DNA of 64,000 nt, taken from Lingula anatina (taxonomy: Eukaryota; Animalia; Brachiopoda). Position 1 is the first letter of the stretch; every line of letters starts with the position of its first letter. The DNA is taken from positions 248,001 through 312,000 of the forward strand of contig CM120647.1 of assembly GCA_051362555.1 (NCBI GenBank), written 5' to 3'. A model generated the notes under the pieces. It made no database searches. It was given only the letters and a program-made list of their open reading frames with translations, and was not told where the DNA came from. Position numbers and translations under genes: made by a program. Below are positions 21,601-32,466 of this stretch, piece after piece.

Positions 21601-24401
21601 TATAAATACCAGTATTAAGTACAGCCTATCCACTATTACAGGTGTATTTTAACCATAGGAAGATCTTTATGAACTCTGTATATAAATACCAGTATTAAGT
21701 ACAGCCTATCCACTATTACAGGTGTATTTTAACCATAGGAAGATCTTTATGAACCCTGTAAATAAATATCAGTATTAAGTACAGCCTATCCACTATTACA
21801 GGTGTATTTTAACCATAGGAAGATCTTTATGAACTCTGTATATAAATACCAGTATTAAGTACAGCCTATCCACTAGTACAGGTGTATTTTAACCATAGGA
21901 AGATCTTTATGAACCCTGTATATAAATACCAGTATTAAGTACAGCCTATCCACTATTACAGGTGTATTTTAACCATAGGAAGATTTTTATGAACCCTGTA
22001 TATAAATACCAGTATTAAGTACAGCCTATCCACTAACACAGCTGTATTTTAACCATAGGAAGATCTTTATGAACCCTGTATATAAATACCAGTATTAAGT
22101 ACAGTACAGCCTATCCACTAGTACAGGTGTATTTTAACCATAGGAAGATCTTTATGAACCCTGTATATAAATACCAGTATTAAGTACAGCCTATCCACTA
22201 TTACAGGTGTATTTTAACCATAGGAAGATCTTTATGAACCCTGCATATAAATACCAGTATTAAGTACAGCCTATCCACTAGTCCAGCTGTATTTTAACCA
22301 TAGGAAGATCTTTATGAACCCTGTATATAAATACCAGTATTAAGTACAGTACAGCCTATCCACTAGTATTTTAACCATAGGAAGATCTGCTATCGACTAA
22401 AGTATAAATAAATCACATTGCCTATTGTCCTGTGTACAGGGTTGTGTGTATATAGGCCTATGTAGTCCAATATGGTACTTAACACCAAGTGACATCCGGG
22501 ATGTGTGTGTGTGTGGGGGTTTACTATATGTCGTTCTTTATATGCATAAATCATAGTCTAAAATTTATTTGAAGAACAACTTAAAAAGTGCGGGTCTCTC
22601 CCTATAAAAATGACATTCACATTAGTGTCCCCTCCTCCTCCCCCTGTTGTTGACTTTCCGGCTAGGGCAGGTAATATTCCATAGAAACAACCAGTTGTCA
22701 TTGTTCTCTTTTGGAAAGCTAGAGGACCATCTGTGAATATTTACATGTATTGTTTCTCCATGTGGCCCTGGTAGAGTAAACTATTAACCTGACAAGAAGA
22801 TGAGGTCCACCCGCATGAAAATGCAGTAGTATCGAAGTAGCAAAGAAGCATTAACGCAGTAGTGGTGTGGAGCATATTTGCAGTAGAAATGCAGTATAGC
22901 CTACTGCAATTCTACTTCAAAAATTACATAGGGTTGTACAGAGGAGGAGCATTAATGCAGTAGATTAGCAGCATGATAGAAGCATGTTTCAAATATGCTA
23001 ATTAGCTCCCACATCGAAGCAGATTTGAAGCATGTTTGCAGTATGATTGCAGTAGTCTACTGCGCTGGAGCATCTACTTCGTTTTCGTGCGGGCCACCTC
23101 TCTCCCCGGCAGGTTACAAGTGTCCCACAACCACTGTCTCTTGGCTGGTGTGTCCCAGGTGTGTGACATGCACGTGCTGTCCCAGGTGAGGAACTTCCCC
23201 TCATCACAACCCGGTATGGAGGAGTCCCAGCCCGTGGTCCACACGTACATAGCGTAACGACTCCGCGAGATGACGCCGCTGACAGACACCATGGTGTCGG
23301 AGTTTTTTCCTTCCTCCACCTGGTCTGCTCTTCATGTACCAAGATAGGCCACCACAGGTGAGTGAGTTAGGCCAGGTGGGGACAGCACGCCCCCTGCCGG
23401 CGATCGTCAGTATTGTGACATCATAACTGTCAAGCATCCATTGTCTCGGATCTCCCACTCCGATTCGGACGTGCTACGATCGACGATCTCTACAATTCTC
23501 AAAGAGTCTAGCAATAGCAACAGCGATCACTCACCAATTCAGTAAGTAGACACAGTGAATACTTTATTGGCGACGAGGCATTCGTAACTTGTAAATTTGC
23601 GGGCCTAAAGCTTAGTTTTCGCTGCGATCTAGCTGAAAGTAGATTGCGCGGAAAATTCCTTTTGTCTAACATCCATTTGAATAATTGGGTGGAGCGGCGG
23701 TCAAAATTGTTATTTCAATTTTGGATCGTAAAGGTCACCGCATTAGGAGACTGATTTTCCTGCACATCTACGTTATTTTTCAGTACTTACGTGAAAAGGA
23801 CGGTGATATAAAGGAGACGTTGGTCTCATTATCCTGTGTATTGTTACGATCTCAACCGAAATTTTCCAAGACTAAGGTGCACACGTAATACTTTGGTTTC
23901 TTTGTTTATTTAGTTTATTTAAAGAATAAAATACTGACTTCTGTGTTGTTGTTGTTTATTCTTTTGTATTTTAGGCGGAATTCTGAACAATTTCTGTCTG
24001 ATTTCAATTTATTGCATTGTGTGCCGAAGGCTTTGTTTCCCAAATTTGAATTTATTGTACGTTTTTGGATTCTATCCAAATCCATAACCTTGGCAGTGTA
24101 TTGTGCTTTGATAGGTGAAATTATTTTGAATCAGTTTAGTTAACTATTTACCTGACAAGAAGATGAGGTCCACCTCTCTCCCCGGCAGGTTACAGGTGTC
24201 CCACAACCACTGTCTCTTGGCTGGTGTGTCCCAGGTGTGTGACATGCACGTGCTGTCCCAGGTGAGGAACTTCCCCTCATCACATCCAGGTATGGAGGAG
24301 TCCCAGCCCGTGGTCCACACGTACATAGCGTAACGACTCCGCGAGATAACGCCGCTGACGGACACCATGGCAACTATGAATAGCGCTGACGTGAAAGACA
24401 T
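18611..24401 (-). CDS. Uncharacterised, probably secreted glycoside-hydrolase-like (TIM-barrel) protein, 6 coding exons, ~351 aa
   Basis: Exons 24401-24152, 21276-21076, 20428-20313, 20022-19849, 19573-19466 and 18817-18611 are GT-AG flanked and give an uninterrupted 1056-nt frame. The N-terminus MSFTSALFIVAMVSVSG looks like a signal peptide. RFDGIAVNNE resembles the GH18-type FDGxDxDxE strand. The gene structure is solid; the function is inferred. Confidence 0.75.
21483..22387. repeat. 80-bp minisatellite (~11 copies); duplicate at 28708-29612
   Basis: Unit ACAGCCTATCCACTAGTACAGGTGTATTTTAACCATAGGAAGATCTTTATGAACCCTGTATATAAATACCAGTATTAAGT. Confidence 0.95.
22789..23292 (-). pseudogene. Second copy of the GH-like first coding exon (no signal peptide), disrupted here by a MITE
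   Basis: Nearly identical to 24152-24368. It starts ACCATGG (MVSVSG...) and ends TCAG|GTTAAT. An insertion at 22810-23093 introduces a stop (REVARTKTK*). Confidence 0.75.
22810..23093. mobile_element. 284-bp MITE, ~20-bp imperfect TIR starting CCCGCA, 3-bp TSD CCA (CMC/EnSpm-like)
   Basis: The left end CCCGCATGAAAATGCAGTAG matches the reverse-complemented right end CCCGCACGAAAACGAAGTAG. The empty site is visible in copy B (~30032) and in exon 1a. Confidence 0.9.
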
Positions 24402-24717
24402 GTCACACGAAACTAGAGCACGTGGAATTTTATTTTTGGATATTTGGCGTCCTCTCTGTGATGAATCGAGTGTCTTTTATCAGCCCAACCTTACCAGTCT
24501 CAGGTAAGCCTACAAGTGAAGATGCACAAACAACAGAAAATCAGACGCTGTTTTTTGTCTTAACCTGTCCTGTCGAACGTGTGATCTATGCCGCCTGCTC
24601 ACTAACGTACGGTGACCGGCGTCCTCGTGTGGAAGCCGACGGTCGGGAGAAACAGTTTGATACACGACAGCTGTTGATTACGCTTCGTCCTTGAGATTAA
24701 GTTGTTATCTGCGCGCC

Positions 24718-25318
24718 GTATTACAGTGGTATATATACTGGGGCATGTCCGGGTGATGTGTATTACAGTGGTATATATACTGGGGCATGTCCGGGTGATG
24801 TGTATTACAGTGGTATATATACTGGGGCATGTCCGGGTGATGTGTATTACAGTGGTATATATACTGGGGCATGTCCGGGTGATGTGTATTACAGTGGTAT
24901 ATATACTGGGGCATGTCCGGGTGATGTGTATTACAGTGGTATATATACTGGGGCATGTCCGGGTGATGTGTATTACAGTGGTATATATACTGGGGCATGT
25001 CCGGGTGATGTGTATTACAGTGGTATATATACTGGGGCATGTCCGGGTGATGTGTATTACAGTGGTATATATACTGGGGCATGTCCGGGTGATGTGTATT
25101 ACAGTGGTATATATACTGGGGCATGTCCGGGTGATGTGTATTACAGTGGTATATATACTGGGGCATGTCCGGGTGATGTGTATTACAGTGGTATATATAC
25201 TGGGGCATGTCCGGGTGATGTGTATTACAGTGGTATATATACTGGGGCATGTCCGGGTGATGTGTATTACAGTGGTATATATACTGGGGCATGTCCGGGT
25301 GATGTGTATTACAGTGGT
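24718..25318. repeat. 42-bp VNTR, 14 units
   Basis: Unit GTATTACAGTGGTATATATACTGGGGCATGTCCGGGTGATGT, homogeneous. Confidence 0.97.
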
Positions 25319-25858
25319 GAACAGGCAGCGGTATATAGGCTACACTGATGCTCATAAGTAAAGCAACAACCGATTTTTTCAGAAGTTTCTTCTATCATGA
25401 TCATTATTTCATTTGTTAGTGGGATTATGCATATTTCTTTCATATTTTATAAATGACATTCAAGTTGAATATTTCTGTTAAAGAAATACACCAAATAGCT
25501 TATTGTGATAATCAAAATAACTTTATTTAACCAAACAGTACCAAAATATGCTAAACCATTTATCTAAAAGGTATGCTTACACAGCAAAATGTACCTGCTA
25601 ATTAAAACAGCTCATCATGAAAAAATAAATTTCAATCATCTAAGAATTAGTTTTAATAAAAGAAGACTGTAGATAAAAGATGATTAATGCGGAAAATACG
25701 GAACCACACGAGACACACCAATATACGTCAACAATTAAAGAATTGTAACATTCTTAAATACAATTTTAGTATTCACTACTGGCTACTGCATCACTACTTG
25801 CATATAAGGGTGCGTTCACAATGAATATATCGTACTAGATACTGCACACTAAGGCTCT

Positions 25859-26061
25859 ATTCCCATAGATTTTAGATCGATCTATCCCCGCGGGGAGTCT
25901 CACTAGATTACTTTCAGATAATCCGACTTAAATGTCCGTCCCGCCTACTACAAGCTGTAAGGGGGTAATTAACTTTCGTGTCCGCCTGGCTGACAGCTAT
26001 TTAGCGTGAACCCCCAGGGAGTTAGGTCGATCTAAAGTAGATCGATCTAATCTCTGGGAAT
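25859..26061. mobile_element. ~200-bp MITE family with ATTCCCA(T/G)AG...AGATCGATCT ends
   Basis: Inverted ends. Copies or relatives at 33007-33209, ~34786-34966 plus 35923-35946 (split), ~20677-20895, ~27902-28120 and ~51248-51507. Confidence 0.7.
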
Positions 26062-26257
26062 GGGGTGTAAATCTATGGAGTCTATCGCTGAATGCAATCA
26101 GATTAACCAAATAACCCACAGACACAGGAGGTTTCCCGTCAATGAAAGATCTCCAGTCGTAAGCGTACAGTGTAGTTATGAACAATATGTCCATGACCCA
26201 AAGAAATCTGCCGTACGGAGACTGGTAAACGCGTGAGATTAAAAGTCACGTGTCTTC

Positions 26258-27307
26258 CTATTCTCTAGGCTCGATGACAATTTTCTGAGGCTTTGTTATG
26301 CAATCAAGTTGGTACATATCCGGCTCAAGGTCTAGTTTCTGTCCTGGCGGAACAGCCACTTTAAACTGACGGAAAAACATGGCCTGTAAAACAGGGAAAA
26401 CGATTTAAGAGAAAAATGGATACCACTGTGTAACAGCATTTTTAATAATTTGAATTACCATGTGAATTACAATCACACCTATACATACCATCACCTAACA
26501 AAAAGTATCAAAAGATACGGGCATGCTTGCCTTAGTTCACACTGTGCCATTATTTGATAAGGAAGGCAGGCATATGCCATACGTGTAGTTAATTAATTAA
26601 GGTAAACCTCACTTATGTAACCTAATCAAGCAAATCAAATTATGAAAATAGATAAATTATTTTTACTTAGCACCATTTGATATCATTTTATAACTTGCAG
26701 ACTACTGTGTCTCTGTTAAAAGTAAGCAAACAAGATCATATTAAAAACCTACAATGGAGATCAATAAGTTCGATCTAGCTACAGCTTCGCCAGGACACTT
26801 CCTTTTCCCAGCAGAGAAAGGTAGCCATATTTTATGGTCAATTTTCTTTGATGCGCCATCTTTCGAAAGAAATCTCTCTGGTTTAAATTCTTCTGGTGAC
26901 TCCCAATTTCTTGGGTCAAAATGGATCACCCAAAAGTTTGGATAAACGACTGTGTCCTTCGGAATATCATACCCACCTGGTTGGCATGCAAAAGATAAAT
27001 ATTAATTTTGTTAAATTTAAATGTTATTTTGAATTTCCATTAGAATTTTGAAAGTCATTTTTACAAGAATAAAACGCAACGTCTCGAGATACCTGTGCTG
27101 CTATAAAGGACATAAAAGTAACTTGAAATGTATGTCACTTTTTCTTTTCAATTGATGAAAATTAAGGCTCTTAATTACCAAGTGTCGTGTCACGCAGTGC
27201 CTTGTGTGCTATGGCACATGGTCCAGCAGGACGAAGTCTTAAGGTCTCTTTAAAAACCGCCTCACAGTATTTCATCCTCGCCTTGCTTTGATGGAGGTCG
27301 TTCACAT
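26258..27307 (-). pseudogene. Orphan duplicate of the last three cytochrome P450 exons (27307-27179, 26976-26753, 26383-26258)
   Basis: Identical to 34455-33406 at offset 7148. Encodes ETLR, PERF and FSAGKRKCPG, but this copy has no upstream P450 exons. Confidence 0.9.
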
Positions 27308-27537
27308 CTGAAGAATAATTTGTAAGATTGTCACTTACGATTCTCAATCTATTCTAGAACATTTGGTGTATTTTTTTACACTTCTAATGTTGTTCTGTAA
27401 AGAATGTAACAGTTCGAGAACTGTTTTTGGGGAAGTCCTTCAGAATGTCCTAGAACACATTAAGAACATTTTTCATTAAAAGAGAAAAACATTATGTAGA
27501 AAGAAGTTTGGTTTGGTGTTGATATAAATGTTTTTAC

Positions 27538-30500
27538 CTTGACAGCCATCAAGTTATCCAGATATGTCTTGATCGGCTTCTCCTTCCCACATTTGATTTT
27601 TGAGAAAGCCTCGTTGTTCACGGCAATTCCGTCAAACCTCTCTGCTGCGCTCGCTGAAAAACCGTTGAAAAAATTGAGGTCTCGGATTTCTTAATTCTTT
27701 GTATCTTAAACATTCAGATTATTCTTTTAATGTGATAATGCTACTGGGTACTGCAGTTGTACAGGGGTGGATAGAGGATTATTTGAAAGGGGGGGTCTGA
27801 CAGGCCTCGGATGCGAAACTGACCTACTCCCCCTCCCTTGGCGTGGGGCTCGGGGCCCGCTGAGGGTCCCTCGAAATTTTTGGTACTTAATTAAGACTTG
27901 TTTCCCATAGCTAGATCGATCTAACAGGATCAATCCATCTCCAAGGGTTTTTTCCCTAAATTGCAATCAACTTAAGCGGCTTAGATGTCTGACACGCCTA
28001 CTGAAGCTACTTAAACGATAATAAGTTACCTCCCAGCAGCTTCAGTAGGGGTGACAAACATCTAAGCCGCTTAAGTTAATTTCAATTTAGCGAAAAATCC
28101 CCTTGGAGATAGATCGATCCACAGTTCGTACGAAAGGTTTTCGCCTTGTTTTACAAAACAAATATACTCATTACTAGTACATGTTCATACTACCTATACA
28201 GGACTAATGGCGTATGGACACATGCAGATCTCACATAGAAAGAAAATGGGGCGATACTCATCAAACAGACGCCTGTTAGTGATATACCCGTCTATCTCAC
28301 CTGCACATATGTCGTTATACCACACAACAAACTTGACCAGAAACTGCTCCGAGACTGGAAGGTCGCTTACAGCATATAGGGCGTAAATCTTGAGGTCGGG
28401 TACTCTAGCGTGACCCTCCGTGAGAGCGGTTTTGATGCGCTGGATTTCCGGCAGTGAGCAGTCGTTGCTGAGGTAGCCTCTCTCCAGAGGACGGTGAACA
28501 TCTAGAGATCGACACAAGATAAAGTATGAATGATATGCGCGTTTAAATGACAAGCCAAGTGTTTCCAGTCCATTTCGTACTCACATTACCGAATCAAATT
28601 TTTTGTAAAACAAATCATATATAACCCCGTGTAAGATTCCTAACCTATTGACCTGGTTTACACCGTGACGGCAGCACGTGACTGTTGGCGTCTATCACCC
28701 GTCTTTTATGAACCCTGTACGGTACTAGCTGTGGACACCTCAAGGTTTAAATACCAGTATTAAGTACAGCCTATCCACTAGTCCAGGTGTATTTTAACCA
28801 TAGGAAGATCTTTATGAACCCTGTATATAAATACCAGTATTAAGTACAGCCTATCCACTATTACAGGTGTATTTTAACCATAGGAAGATCTTTATGAACT
28901 CTGTATATAAATACCAGTATTAAGTACAGCCTATCCACTATTACAGGTGTATTTTAACCATAGGAAGATCTTTATGAACCCTGTAAATAAATATCAGTAT
29001 TAAGTACAGCCTATCCACTATTACAGGTGTATTTTAACCATAGGAAGATCTTTATGAACTCTGTATATAAATACCAGTATTAAGTACAGCCTATCCACTA
29101 GTACAGGTGTATTTTAACCATAGGAAGATCTTTATGAACCCTGTATATAAATACCAGTATTAAGTACAGCCTATCCACTATTACAGGTGTATTTTAACCA
29201 TAGGAAGATTTTTATGAACCCTGTATATAAATACCAGTATTAAGTACAGCCTATCCACTAACACAGCTGTATTTTAACCATAGGAAGATCTTTATGAACC
29301 CTGTATATAAATACCAGTATTAAGTACAGTACAGCCTATCCACTAGTACAGGTGTATTTTAACCATAGGAAGATCTTTATGAACCCTGTATATAAATACC
29401 AGTATTAAGTACAGCCTATCCACTATTACAGGTGTATTTTAACCATAGGAAGATCTTTATGAACCCTGCATATAAATACCAGTATTAAGTACAGCCTATC
29501 CACTAGTCCAGCTGTATTTTAACCATAGGAAGATCTTTATGAACCCTGTATATAAATACCAGTATTAAGTACAGTACAGCCTATCCACTAGTATTTTAAC
29601 CATAGGAAGATCTGCTATCGACTAAAGTATAAATAAATCACATTGCCTATTGTCCTGTGTACAGGGTTGTGTGTATATAGGCCTATGTAGTCCAATATGG
29701 TACTTAACACCAAGTGACATCCGGGATGTGTGTGTGTGTGGGGGGTTACTATATGTCGTTCTTTATATGCATAAATCATAGTCTAAAATTTATTTGAAGA
29801 ACAACTTAAAAAGTGCGGGTCTCTCCCTATAAAAATGACATTCACATTAGTGTCCCCTCCTCCTCCCCCTGTTGTTGACTTTCCGGCTAGGGCAGGTAAT
29901 ATTCCATAGAAACAACCAGTTGTCATTGTTCTCTTTTGGAAAGCTAGAGGACCATCTGTGAATATTTACATGTATTGTTTCTCCATGTGGCCCTGGTAGA
30001 GTAAACTATTAACCTGACAAGAAGATGAGGTCCACCTCTCTCCCCGGCAGGTTACAAGTGTCCCACAACCACTGTCTCTTGGCTGGTGTGTCCCAGGTGT
30101 GTGACATGCACGTGCTGTCCCAGGTGAGGAACTTCCCCTCATCACAACCCGGTATGGAGGAGTCCCAGCCCGTGGTCCACACGTACATAGCGTAACGACT
30201 CCGCGAGATGACGCCGCTGACAGACACCATGGTGTCGGAGTTTTTTCCTTCCTCCACCTGGTCTGCTCTTCATGTACCAAGATAGGCCACCACAGGTGAG
30301 TGAGTTAGGCCAGGTGGGGACAGCACGCCCCCTGCCGGCGATCGTCAGTATTGTGACATCATAACTGTCAAGCATCCATTGTCTCGGATCTCCCACTCCG
30401 ATTCGGACGTGCTACGATCGACGATCTCTACAATTCTCAAAGAGTCTAGCAATAGCAACAGCGATCACTCACCAATTCAGTAAGTAGACACAGTGAATAC

Positions 30501-31339
30501 TTTATTGGCGACGAGGCATTCGTAACTTGTAAATTTGCGGGCCTAAAGCTTAGTTTTCGCTGCGATCTAGCTGAAAGTAGATTGCGCGGAAAATTCCTTT
30601 TGTCTAACATCCATTTGAATAATTGGGTGGAGCGGCGGTCAAAATTGTTATTTCAATTTTGGATCGTAAAGGTCACCGCATTAGGAGACTGATTTTCCTG
30701 CACATCTACGTTATTTTTCAGTACTTACGTGAAAAGGACGGTGATATAAAGGAGACGTTGGTCTCATTATCCTGTGTATTGTTACGATCTCAACCGAAAT
30801 TTTCCAAGACTAAGGTGCACACGTAATACTTTGGTTTCTTTGTTTATTTAGTTTATTTAAAGAATAAAATACTGACTTCTGTGTTGTTGTTGTTTATTCT
30901 TTTGTATTTTAGGCGGAATTCTGAACAATTTCTGTCTGATTTCAATTTATTGCATTGTGTGCCGAAGGCTTTGTTTCCCAAATTTGAATTTATTGTACGT
31001 TTTTGGATTCTATCCAAATCCATAACCTTGGCAGTGTATTGTGCTTTGATAGGTGAAATTATTTTGAATCAGTTTAGTTAACTATTTACCTGACAAGAAG
31101 ATGAGGTCCACCTCTCTCCCCGGCAGGTTACAGGTGTCCCACAACCACTGTCTCTTGGCTGGTGTGTCCCAGGTGTGTGACATGCACGTGCTGTCCCAGG
31201 TGAGGAACTTCCCCTCATCACATCCAGGTATGGAGGAGTCCCAGCCCGTGGTCCACACGTACATAGCGTAACGACTCCGCGAGATAACGCCGCTGACGGA
31301 CACCATGGCAACTATGAATAGCGCTGACGTGAAAGACAT
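27538..31339 (-). pseudogene. Duplicated 5' half of the GH-like gene (exons 1a 31339-31090, 1b 30230-30014 intact, 2 28501-28301, 3 27653-27538)
   Basis: Essentially identical to the exons in 20313-24401 at offsets 7225/6938. This copy has no exons 4-6 of its own. Confidence 0.85.
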
Positions 31340-31655
31340 GTCACACGAAACTAGAGCACGTGGAATTTTATTTTTGGATATTTGGCGTCCTCTCTGTGAT
31401 GAATCGAGTGTCTTTTATCAGCCCAACCTTACCAGTCTCAGGTAAGCCTACAAGTGAAGATGCACAAACAACAGAAAATCAGACGCTGTTTTTTGTCTTA
31501 ACCTGTCCTGTCGAACGTGTGATCTATGCCGCCTGCTCACTAACGTACGGTGACCGGCGTCCTCGTGTGGAAGCCGACGGTCGGGAGAAACAGTTTGATA
31601 CACGACAGCTGTTGATTACGCTTCGTCCTTGAGATTAAGTTGTTATCTGCGCGCC

Positions 31656-32466
31656 GTATTACAGTGGTATATATACTGGGGCATGTCCGGGTGATGTGTA
31701 TTACAGTGGTATATATACTGGGGCATGTCCGGGTGATGTGTATTACAGTGGTATATATACTGGGGCATGTCCGGGTGATGTGTATTACAGTGGTATATAT
31801 ACTGGGGCATGTCCGGGTGATGTGTATTACAGTGGTATATATACTGGGGCATGTCCGGGTGATGTGTATTACAGTGGTATATATACTGGGGCATGTCCGG
31901 GTGATGTGTATTACAGTGGTATATATACTGGGGCATGTCCGGGTGATGTGTATTACAGTGGTATATATACTGGGGCATGTCCGGGTGATGTGTATTACAG
32001 TGGTATATATACTGGGGCATGTCCGGGTGATGTGTATTACAGTGGTATATATACTGGGGCATGTCCGGGTGATGTGTATTACAGTGGTATATATACTGGG
32101 GCATGTCCGGGTGATGTGTATTACAGTGGTATATATACTGGGGCATGTCCGGGTGATGTGTATTACAGTGGTATATATACTGGGGCATGTCCGGGTGATG
32201 TGTATTACAGTGGTATATATACTGGGGCATGTCCGGGTGATGTGTATTACAGTGGTATATATACTGGGGCATGTCCGGGTGATGTGTATTACAGTGGTAT
32301 ATATACTGGGGCATGTCCGGGTGATGTGTATTACAGTGGTATATATACTGGGGCATGTCCGGGTGATGTGTATTACAGTGGTATATATACTGGGGCATGT
32401 CCGGGTGATGTGTATTACAGTGGTATATATACTGGGGCATGTCCGGGTGATGTGTATTACAGTGGT
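31656..32466. repeat. 42-bp VNTR, 19 units (copy B)
   Basis: Same unit; 210 bp longer than in copy A. Confidence 0.97.

Noticed and set aside
24702-25361. Long repetitive ORFs on both strands (also 31640-32509, 47592-48233, 53945-54328)
   Set aside because: By-products of stop-free 42-bp and 30-bp units; open in several frames with no splice or homology support.
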